Virus record (IMG/VR): IMGVR_UViG_3300001460_000174
Span: 1 to 25,802 of that record
Source: a virus
Lineage: Duplodnaviria > Caudoviricetes
DNA: 25,802 nucleotides
Reading direction: 5' to 3' (one strand)
Shown here: piece by piece, positions 18,150-25,802 of the stretch
Position numbering within the stretch: the stretch's first letter is position 1
How the letters are laid out: each line of letters begins with the position of its first letter
Position numbers and translations under genes: made by a program
Notes under the pieces: generated by a model
The model's database searches: none
Seen by the model: the letters and a program-made list of their open reading frames with translations, nothing else
What the model was told of the DNA's origin: nothing

Positions 18150-18353
18150 ATGGGACTTTTAGATAAATTAGAACAAGGTAAATCTAACTTAACTGGATTA
18201 AATGGTGGTACACCTTCTATTCCTGATTTTGCATTATCAAAATTACATGATACTTACTCAGCAGACGGAATACCAAAACAACCAGGAAAACCATCACCAA
18301 CAAATTTAGTTGATGGTGATCCAGTAAAGTATTTAGATAACTTACCAAGATAA
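18150..18353 (+). CDS. Small hypothetical tail/baseplate-associated protein
   Basis: 67-aa Pro/Gly-rich ORF that fills the gap exactly and has its own late motif. Confidence 0.6.
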   Translation: MGLLDKLEQGKSNLTGLNGGTPSIPDFALSKLHDTYSADGIPKQPGKPSPTNLVDGDPVKYLDNLPR

Positions 18354-18359
18354 TAAAAT

Positions 18360-20210
18360 ATGGCTCTTTTAGATTTAACAACAGACCTTAAGTCTTTAAG
18401 GTATGGACGTGATCGTATAGGTGGAGGTGATAGTAGAGAACCTTTTATCACTAAATCTATTGACAGTACTCCTGGAGATACTGGTGGTCCTGACTTTCTT
18501 TTAAGAGCAAATAGTTTACAACATATAGGAGATGATACATCAAGAATGTTTGATTTCTTAAAAAGCCCAAAAGGTTTACAATTTATAGCAAAACAAAATT
18601 TATTATCAAGAACTGCTGTTAGAGCACAGGGTAGCAGTGGACCTATAAATGACGGAATTTATTTACCAACTTCTACCTTAGCTCAAGTAGCGACAAACGC
18701 AGCAGGAGGACATTTATTAAAACAAGGAATTAATCCTTTTGCCAATACAAAAGCAACTGATGTAAATACAGGAATTGGAATATTGGATACAATCTTAAAT
18801 TCTCCACTTCCTTTATCTGCTCCTTTTTATGTTAAAAGAGTAACAAATAACCAAAGTAAAGAAGAAAATAGATTAGTTGAATTGTCTAAATATAAATTAG
18901 GTATAGCTAGTTCAAGTAATAACTCATCATTTTTAGACCAAATATTAAGTGGTACAGGTGTAGGTGGATTTTTAGGAAATCTTGGTGGTGGTATAGTAAA
19001 TAATTTATTAGCAATTTCACCTTCAGCGGGTCAAAAATTTAATAATATTTCACTAAATGATGATGAAATTATAAGATATGATGGAGGACCAGGATCAGCA
19101 TTAGGAGTAGGTCAAACATCATTAAAAAGAACTACATTTACTCAAAAAAATAATTTTCCGGATAATACTAAAGTTTATAATTATAGTCAATTAGTAGAAG
19201 CTAGTGATCTAGCTCAAGCAAGTAGAGGGGCAACTTTAAGAGATTTTAGAACAATTTTATCTCCCTCTAGTACTAATTCTGTAATTTCAACATCATTAGA
19301 TTATCAAACCAAAAACCAAGATATTAGAGTAAATCAAGGAATTCCTGGTAGAAGAAATAAAAATTTATCAAATTATAATTTTAGTGCTAATGGAGATTTA
19401 ACACCTTTAGATAAATTAAATGCTTTCCCTATATATTCTTCAACTAATGTTATAACAACTAAAGATAATATAAAAAATGACTTAGTTAAGTTTAGAATAG
19501 GAATCTTAGATAATAATGCGGATAACCCAGAGGGTTTAAAAACATATATCCATTTTAGGGCTTTCATTGATTCTTTTAGTGATACTTATGGAGCTGAATG
19601 GGGTGAAGAAAAATTTATGGGTAGAGGTGAAAAATTTTATAGATATGGTGGATTTAATAGAAATATAGAAATGTCATGGACCGTAGCAGCTCAATCATTA
19701 CCCGAATTAATTCCAATGTATCAAAAATTAAATTTTTTAGCTTCAACCTTAGCACCAGATTATAGCTACAACGGATACATGCAAGGAAATATTGCTTATT
19801 TAACTTTTGGAGGTTACTGTTATGAACAACCAGGTATAATAACTGGAATGACTTTATCAGTCCCAGAACAATCAACTTATGAAATTGATATTGACAGTGG
19901 ACAAGGAAGAGATGGTGGAATTAACACTAAAGAATTACCTCATATAATTAAAGTTTCAGGTTTTCAATTTATACCTATACATGATTTTGTTCCAAGAATA
20001 CAACAAAATGATTATGATGGAGAAAAATTTGGTGATGCATCTCTTATATCTAAATGGGGTAAAGAAAGATATATAGCATTAGAAAATAAAAATGGAAGTA
20101 ATTATACTGGTGAAAATGGTCAAAATACGTTTATAAAACCATCATCAACAACTCAACAATCAACTAATAATCAAGGAGATACATTAACAGAAGAAGCTAA
20201 AGGTATTTAA
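18360..20210 (+). CDS. Baseplate / tail tube initiator-like protein
   Basis: C-terminal FRAFIDSFSDTY.AEW....MGRGEKFYRYGGFNR.I...W region is tube-initiator-like. Lies between the tape measure and LysM-like genes. Confidence 0.55.
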   Translation: MALLDLTTDLKSLRYGRDRIGGGDSREPFITKSIDSTPGDTGGPDFLLRANSLQHIGDDTSRMFDFLKSPKGLQFIAKQNLLSRTAVRAQGSSGPINDGIYLPTSTLAQVATNAAGGHLLKQGINPFANTKATDVNTGIGILDTILNSPLPLSAPFYVKRVTNNQSKEENRLVELSKYKLGIASSSNNSSFLDQILSGTGVGGFLGNLGGGIVNNLLAISPSAGQKFNNISLNDDEIIRYDGGPGSALGVGQTSLKRTTFTQKNNFPDNTKVYNYSQLVEASDLAQASRGATLRDFRTILSPSSTNSVISTSLDYQTKNQDIRVNQGIPGRRNKNLSNYNFSANGDLTPLDKLNAFPIYSSTNVITTKDNIKNDLVKFRIGILDNNADNPEGLKTYIHFRAFIDSFSDTYGAEWGEEKFMGRGEKFYRYGGFNRNIEMSWTVAAQSLPELIPMYQKLNFLASTLAPDYSYNGYMQGNIAYLTFGGYCYEQPGIITGMTLSVPEQSTYEIDIDSGQGRDGGINTKELPHIIKVSGFQFIPIHDFVPRIQQNDYDGEKFGDASLISKWGKERYIALENKNGSNYTGENGQNTFIKPSSTTQQSTNNQGDTLTEEAKGI

Positions 20211-20211
20211 A

Positions 20212-20511
20212 ATGAGAGATAGATATTCATATACCGCTATATTTGGAAATAGAAGAAGATACTATGGGAGTACTAAATATCCTGTTGTACCTTACACATC
20301 AGATGATATATTTGTTGTTACTCAAGAAGGAGATAGATTTGACCAATTGGCCCAACAATATTATGGAGATGCAAGCTTATGGTGGGTAATTTCATGTTCA
20401 AATCCTGGTTTAAAGCAAAATTCATACTATCTTCCTGTGGGTATCCAAATAAGGATTCCTCAAGATATATCAAAAGTACAAAAAGAATTTGCGATATTAA
20501 ATAATAGATAG
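20212..20511 (+). CDS. LysM / tail-X-like baseplate wedge protein (gp53-like)
   Basis: EGDRFDQLAQQYYGDASLWWVI...N......G.QIRIP. Confidence 0.8.
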   Translation: MRDRYSYTAIFGNRRRYYGSTKYPVVPYTSDDIFVVTQEGDRFDQLAQQYYGDASLWWVISCSNPGLKQNSYYLPVGIQIRIPQDISKVQKEFAILNNR

Positions 20512-20513
20512 TT

Positions 20514-23500
20514 ATGACTGGAAATTTACTAGGAGAAGAGTTTGATCCTTTTGTTTTTGAACAAATTAAAAAAAGACAAGAACTTATGGGTTCTGGTTTT
20601 AATGATCAATCTATATCCCCTAATCAAATTCAACTTTTAAATAATAAAAATTCATTTTTAAGATTAGCATCAAGTGTTGATCTTTTTAGTAACCATTCTG
20701 TACCCCAAAGCTTAGATGGACTTTCTGAACTTGATGAGCTAAAAACTCTTATAAAACTTGAAGAAGATACAGGGTATATAGAGGCATATAGAAGCAGTGG
20801 GAGACTACCTATCTTTCAACAAGAAGATAAAGAAAAATATAAATCATATAGAGAACAAATTATACAAAATAATCAACTTCAAACTGAAATAGCTAAAAAT
20901 AAATTAAGATCAATAGGATTTAGTGAGAATGAAATTAAAAGATTTAAAAATAAATCTGAGCTAGCAAGATCAGCTGTATTATGGGGAGGATTAAGTAAAA
21001 TAAATGAAAATATAGAGGGAGAAATTATTATTTCTAATTTTAGTCAAAGAAAAGGTATACAGTATAAAAATGATGTTTGGAATGGTAGTAAAGCTTATGG
21101 TCTAGGAGGCCCAAATTTTGGTAAACAACCTATGCCCGGTATAACATCTGCTACTATAGAATGTATTAACAGAGGTTCAACTAGGGATGCAACTATTCAA
21201 ATAAAGGCATATAATACTTTTCAATTTCAATTACTAGAAACTTTATATTTAAGATTAGGGTTTACTATGTATTTAGAATGGGGTCATCAAAAATTCCTAA
21301 ATAATTCTGGCGATTTAGAGGAAATAGGAAATACTTTTTTAGATAATGATTTTTTTCAAGATAACAAAAAATTATCTCAAAATGAAGCATTACAACTTAT
21401 TCAAAATTATAGAGAAGAATATAGCGGTAATTATGATGGTTTTTTTGGTAGAGTAGTTAATTTTAGCTGGACTTTTAATGATCAAGGTGTATATGATATT
21501 ACATTAAAATTAATAACACTAGGAGATATAGTAGAATCCATCCAAATGAACATCCCAGCTAATATAAAGTCATTCTCATCTAATAATCCATGGATTAATG
21601 CTCCATCTACTATGGAAGTATGGTTAGATAATTTTATAAATAAAGATAAATCCAAAAATTCTGTATTTCAAGGTGGTAATTATATTAATTTAAAGTCTTT
21701 AAATTATACTAATCGACCTCGTACCGAAACAACTGAATTTAAAACTCTTAATGATAAAGGAGAAGAAGTTAAAATTACTGGGAATTTCGTTGAAATATCA
21801 AAGAAATTAGCTGAAATAAAAAAGAAAACTAAAAACGTAGAAGCATTTGAAGAGGATATCCTTCAACTAAATAATATATATACGGGTAAATTTCAAATCC
21901 AAGATGGAACAACACATGAAAATAGTTATTTTGTACGATTTGGAACATTTTTAGAAAAAGTTTATAATAATATTTTACCAAGAGTAATAGGCCCAAAAGG
22001 TAATCTTCCAATATTAAATATTGAATTTGATGAGGAAATAAATGTTATAAGTGCCCAACCAAACCAGATATCTTTTGATTTAGGAGTTTGTTTTGTAAAA
22101 CCAATGTTATTTGCTCCGGGGATATTAGGTCGTGATGGTCAAGCATCATCTACTCTCCAAGCAGATAGTATAAAAGATTATTTTATTTTAGAAAAAGAAG
22201 GTAAAATTGATGTTTTTTATGGAAAATTAATGAATTTATATTTAAACTTTAATTTTATAAAACAATGTTTAAACCAAAGTAATAATGATAGTGGTGTTGT
22301 AGATTTATTTTCATTTTTTTCTGAAATATGTAAAGGAATTAATAGTGCTTTGGGTGATGTTAATAAAATTGAACCTATTATTAATGCTGAAAAAAATACT
22401 TTAGTTTTTATAGACCAAAATCCAATAAAAGGTAATCCTCAAGTACTAAAAAAATTATTATCTTATATTCCTGAACCACAAGAAATTACTCCTTTAGAAG
22501 TGTTTGGTTTTAATACAACTGGTAAAACACCAATATCAAACTTTGTTAAAGAATTTAACTTTGAAACTAAAATTGATTCAAGCTTAGCTACAAACATAAC
22601 AATTGGAACAACTGCAGGCGGGTCACAATCTAAAGTAACAGATGGTACAGCTTTTGGAAATATTAATTCTGGGTTAATTGATAGATTCCAAAAATCTATA
22701 GCTCCACCACCAGATTTTATTACAGAAGAACAATTAATAGAAATATCTAAACTAAAAGAAGAATCAGAAATTAGAGCTGAATTAAAGGAATGGTGGGGTG
22801 ATATAGTAGTTACCGATGTCCAAAGAAATATCCCAGGTAAATTATCAACAGACCGAGATTTAAGAAATAAACAATTAGGTTACAGAGAAGAAGAAGATGG
22901 AGACTTTATTAGATGGGCATATCTTAGAACAAGCTCTGGTGTAAAAGATAAAAATTATGTAACAATAAATGCAAGAAATGGTTCGGGAAATAGAAAAACT
23001 GGTAGATATAAAGGATGGAATTTTGAAAATGAATCTCTTGAAACAGCCATATCAGGTTATATTGCATGGAAAAAAATACAAGGAAAAGATGTATTAGATG
23101 TAACAGATATTGATTTTGAATTATCTTACCAAACTTGGCTTGTTTATGCTGTAGGAGGGGTTTTAGCTGGAAAAAAAGATGTTGATGGTCAACCTTTTTC
23201 TATTGGATTAGATGAAGCTTTATACCTAAATAGAGACAATACGGGTTTCTTTAGTCAAGGAAAAGCTGCATTTAAAGAATATTTAAGAAAAAGAGATCAA
23301 AAAATATTTAGAGTAACAGGAAATCCATCTAATCAAGGAGGTTTTATTCCTATTGAATTAAGTTTAACTGTAGATGGAATTAGTGGGATAAAACTTTTTC
23401 AAAGAATTAATGTAAATAATAGATTTCTCCCAGTTGAATACCAAAATTTTGGAACCCAAGCTTTAACTTTTCTTGTTATGACAATAAATCATGACCTTCA

Positions 23501-24248
23501 AGATGAAAAGTGGATAACTAAAATTACTACTTTAAGTATACCCCCAACACAACCTGATAATATTGAAGCAGTAGACACAGGATTATTTGATTATTTAGTT
23601 TTAGATGAAAATGAAACACTTAGTCAATCTGAAAGTAATGGAAATGCTCAAAGATATTTACCTTCTCAACTAGTACCATCAAATAATGTAAGAAAAAAAT
23701 TAAAATCATCAGAGGCTTTTAGAGCAAATGCATATAAAGACCCAGGTACTAAAAATGATCCAGTTAAACAGGGTAAACCTATTACAATAGGGTATGGTCA
23801 AACTTATTATACCCCAGGTCAACAGTATACTAGAAATGGAGTACTTCAAACTCAAACAGGAAAATCATTTGTTAGAAGAGGAGATGGTAAAAATGAAATA
23901 AAATTAGGAGACCAAATAACTCAAAATTCCGGAAATAAAGGATTCAATGATATAGTTAACTATACTGGACAACAAATGGTAAAATCTGGGGGATGGGGAC
24001 AAATTCCATTTACTCAAAATGAATTTGATGCTTTAGTTCATTTTAACTATAATACAGGTCCTTTTTATGGAACAAAAACTCCAGGTAAAAAGAAATTATA
24101 TGACTTAATATTAGCAAAAGATTATACAAAAGCAGGAGAAGTATTAGCTGATACTATGGTAAATGCTGGTGGTAAGCCCATATTAAGGAGTAGAAGAAAT
24201 ATGGAATCAAAATTATTTTTAACTAACCAACCACCTAATCCAGCATAA
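20514..24248 (+). CDS. Large baseplate hub protein with C-terminal GH24 lysozyme domain
   Basis: Hub-like N-terminal region (PMPGITS...RGS.R.ATI.I, LEWGH, GNYDG..G.V.NFSW). The C-terminus has E-x8-D (EAFRANAYKD), TIGYG, TQNEFDALVHFNYNTG and RRNME..LF. Confidence 0.75.
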   Translation: MTGNLLGEEFDPFVFEQIKKRQELMGSGFNDQSISPNQIQLLNNKNSFLRLASSVDLFSNHSVPQSLDGLSELDELKTLIKLEEDTGYIEAYRSSGRLPIFQQEDKEKYKSYREQIIQNNQLQTEIAKNKLRSIGFSENEIKRFKNKSELARSAVLWGGLSKINENIEGEIIISNFSQRKGIQYKNDVWNGSKAYGLGGPNFGKQPMPGITSATIECINRGSTRDATIQIKAYNTFQFQLLETLYLRLGFTMYLEWGHQKFLNNSGDLEEIGNTFLDNDFFQDNKKLSQNEALQLIQNYREEYSGNYDGFFGRVVNFSWTFNDQGVYDITLKLITLGDIVESIQMNIPANIKSFSSNNPWINAPSTMEVWLDNFINKDKSKNSVFQGGNYINLKSLNYTNRPRTETTEFKTLNDKGEEVKITGNFVEISKKLAEIKKKTKNVEAFEEDILQLNNIYTGKFQIQDGTTHENSYFVRFGTFLEKVYNNILPRVIGPKGNLPILNIEFDEEINVISAQPNQISFDLGVCFVKPMLFAPGILGRDGQASSTLQADSIKDYFILEKEGKIDVFYGKLMNLYLNFNFIKQCLNQSNNDSGVVDLFSFFSEICKGINSALGDVNKIEPIINAEKNTLVFIDQNPIKGNPQVLKKLLSYIPEPQEITPLEVFGFNTTGKTPISNFVKEFNFETKIDSSLATNITIGTTAGGSQSKVTDGTAFGNINSGLIDRFQKSIAPPPDFITEEQLIEISKLKEESEIRAELKEWWGDIVVTDVQRNIPGKLSTDRDLRNKQLGYREEEDGDFIRWAYLRTSSGVKDKNYVTINARNGSGNRKTGRYKGWNFENESLETAISGYIAWKKIQGKDVLDVTDIDFELSYQTWLVYAVGGVLAGKKDVDGQPFSIGLDEALYLNRDNTGFFSQGKAAFKEYLRKRDQKIFRVTGNPSNQGGFIPIELSLTVDGISGIKLFQRINVNNRFLPVEYQNFGTQALTFLVMTINHDLQDEKWITKITTLSIPPTQPDNIEAVDTGLFDYLVLDENETLSQSESNGNAQRYLPSQLVPSNNVRKKLKSSEAFRANAYKDPGTKNDPVKQGKPITIGYGQTYYTPGQQYTRNGVLQTQTGKSFVRRGDGKNEIKLGDQITQNSGNKGFNDIVNYTGQQMVKSGGWGQIPFTQNEFDALVHFNYNTGPFYGTKTPGKKKLYDLILAKDYTKAGEVLADTMVNAGGKPILRSRRNMESKLFLTNQPPNPA

Positions 24249-24250
24249 AA

Positions 24251-25108
24251 ATGTATTTTCCAAAGTCACAAATAAAAGAAAACTTATACACCGATGGTAC
24301 AGAATATATGGTTGCGGCAACAAAAAAACCATATAAAGGATATTATTTTCAAGTTTCTAATAATAAAAAATATACAGGTAAAAATACAGATGATTTACCT
24401 AATAATCAGCTTCAACCTTTAACTTCAGTATATAACGAATATGAAGATAGTTTACTAGATGAAAATCAAGGAACATATTGGTCAGGGTATTATTCTTTTT
24501 TGCAAAGAAAAAAAGGTATTGAATTACTAACTCCGGCACAATCCCCAAAACAAATAATACCAATACCAACAGAATTAAATTATAATAATGGATATTTTAA
24601 TAGATATTTTCTATATAACTTTGTAGATTACTCTACAATAGAAACAAATTTAATTTCTTATACATCTTTTGTAGATAATGACCCATCAACACAGTTTGAT
24701 AAATATACCCCAGTTCAAATTATATGGGCATTAACAGGTAAAAATGAAGAAGTTTATAAATCAAATTTTAATAGTGTTAGACTAAAAGAAAAAAAACTAC
24801 AAATATATGGGTTTAGTAATTTTTTTACTAAAAAATACACTCAATACTTTAAATTTGATGAAAACGAAAATTTATATAGTAATGGATCGGAGTTAAGATA
24901 TACTAAAAGCAAAAAACCATATATAGGTTACTATCACATCCATCCTAAAAAAGGACCAATGGTAGGTAAACAACATATAACAGAAGCTCATGATTATTTG
25001 GAATTTTTACCAACAGGTTCTATATTAAACCCCATTCCACCATCCTCACAATCGGGTTCATATGTAGAACCTACAAGAAACATTTCAATAACAAGTGGAG
25101 GTTATTAA
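24251..25108 (+). CDS. Hypothetical baseplate-region protein with an internal repeat
   Basis: Two copies of ENLY[TS][DN]G.E......KKPY.GYY, near the N- and C-termini. Confidence 0.6.
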   Translation: MYFPKSQIKENLYTDGTEYMVAATKKPYKGYYFQVSNNKKYTGKNTDDLPNNQLQPLTSVYNEYEDSLLDENQGTYWSGYYSFLQRKKGIELLTPAQSPKQIIPIPTELNYNNGYFNRYFLYNFVDYSTIETNLISYTSFVDNDPSTQFDKYTPVQIIWALTGKNEEVYKSNFNSVRLKEKKLQIYGFSNFFTKKYTQYFKFDENENLYSNGSELRYTKSKKPYIGYYHIHPKKGPMVGKQHITEAHDYLEFLPTGSILNPIPPSSQSGSYVEPTRNISITSGGY

Positions 25109-25125
25109 ATAATTTCGTATATTGG
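25096..25125 (+). promoter_or_regulatory. Putative host-sigma-type promoter TGG-N17-CGTATATT
   Basis: Same spacing as the element at 4233-4260 (TGG-N17-CGTACATT). Upstream of the ATG at 25144. Confidence 0.5.
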
Positions 25126-25143
25126 GGGTTAAAATAAAGGTAT

Positions 25144-25802
25144 ATGTACTGGCTTGTAGAAGACGAGGAGCAGTTAAATGTTTTAATAAATAGTAGTTAT
25201 AAAAAGGCTTTCATTGAGGTAATACCTTACAATGACACAATACACCCCGTACAAAACCATGTTAGTTTAGTGTATATTAGACCGATTGAAGCGAGTAAAG
25301 GTTTTATGGTATGTGTTACACATAGTGAATCTTTAAATGCATTAAACACGCGTATAAACGATTTATTAAATAAATTTGAAATATTATATTGTAGAGATAA
25401 AAAAGAAATATTACATTATTTCCCAATCAAAACTCTTTATGACATTAATCCACCCCCTAATCCGTATATACGACCTACAACACCTACACATGATTTATAT
25501 TATAGACAACATAAGGATAATCCCGAGTTAAATTTAATTATCCCGATTGTTAAACATTATGAATTGTGTGAAAACATTTTTGAAGATTTAAAAGCGAATA
25601 TTAACAATAAAATAACAAAATATGATGAGTTCTTTAACAGTCGAGTGTCAGTGGTATTCAACGCCATCGAGAGAAGTGGCATACGTATACACAATGAAAC
25701 CTTCAGTGGATACTTCCACGCAGTTGACGGTGAATACGTCAACACTCAGTTCAACTTAAAAACAACAACTACTAGACCTAGTAATAAATTTAATAATGTA
25801 AA
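25144..25802 (+). CDS. Family A DNA polymerase-like protein, 3'-truncated by the window edge (absent from the ORF track)
   Basis: Manually translated open frame MYWLVEDEEQL...AIERSGIRI...VNTQFNLKTTTTRPSNKFNNV. It matches the Pol I IERNGVKID and VHTSYHQAVTATGRLSS landmarks. Confidence 0.7.
   Translation, partial: MYWLVEDEEQLNVLINSSYKKAFIEVIPYNDTIHPVQNHVSLVYIRPIEASKGFMVCVTHSESLNALNTRINDLLNKFEILYCRDKKEILHYFPIKTLYDINPPPNPYIRPTTPTHDLYYRQHKDNPELNLIIPIVKHYELCENIFEDLKANINNKITKYDEFFNSRVSVVFNAIERSGIRIHNETFSGYFHAVDGEYVNTQFNLKTTTTRPSNKFNNV

Noticed and set aside
4228-20511. Possible TAG stop-codon reassignment
   Set aside because: TAG ends four genes at sensible boundaries (4230, 11333, 15835, 20511) and long genes are not fragmented, so the standard code fits.
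5521-25745. Remaining short minus-strand ORFs (5521, 11829, 15532, 18254, 19373, 19654, 21829, 25557)
   Set aside because: All overlap well-supported + strand genes. The 25557 ORF lies opposite the polymerase frame.
1-25802. CRISPR arrays, tRNAs, introns, inteins or IS elements
   Set aside because: Intergenic gaps are under about 80 nt with no repeat-spacer or cloverleaf pattern, and no transposase, homing endonuclease or intein motifs were seen by eye.

Overview
The window is an AT-rich segment of a large contractile-tailed (T4-like 'myovirus') phage genome, with all genes on the + strand. It runs from a 5'-truncated phoH through the neck module (gp13-, gp14- and gp15-like), tail sheath and tube, a gp26/gp51-like chaperone pair, tape measure, baseplate genes and a hub-lysozyme fusion, to the start of a family A DNA polymerase-like gene that runs off the window. 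A tightly coupled ~6.8 kb enzyme cassette sits between the gp15-like gene and the sheath. It encodes an APS kinase, a small HAD phosphatase, a HIGH-motif nucleotidyltransferase, a DUF2061-like membrane protein, a 1242-aa four-domain glycosyltransferase/deacetylase, an unknown protein and an RmlD-like reductase, and may be a virion glycosylation/sulfation system. Two promoter classes are visible: ATATTTATAAyAAAA before structural genes, and a Bacteroidota-like TGG-N19-TAnnTT before enzyme genes. A likely +1 programmed frameshift joins the two tail chaperone ORFs. Starts lack Shine-Dalgarno sites, consistent with a Bacteroidota host (inference). All product calls come from motifs and synteny read by eye; no database search was run.
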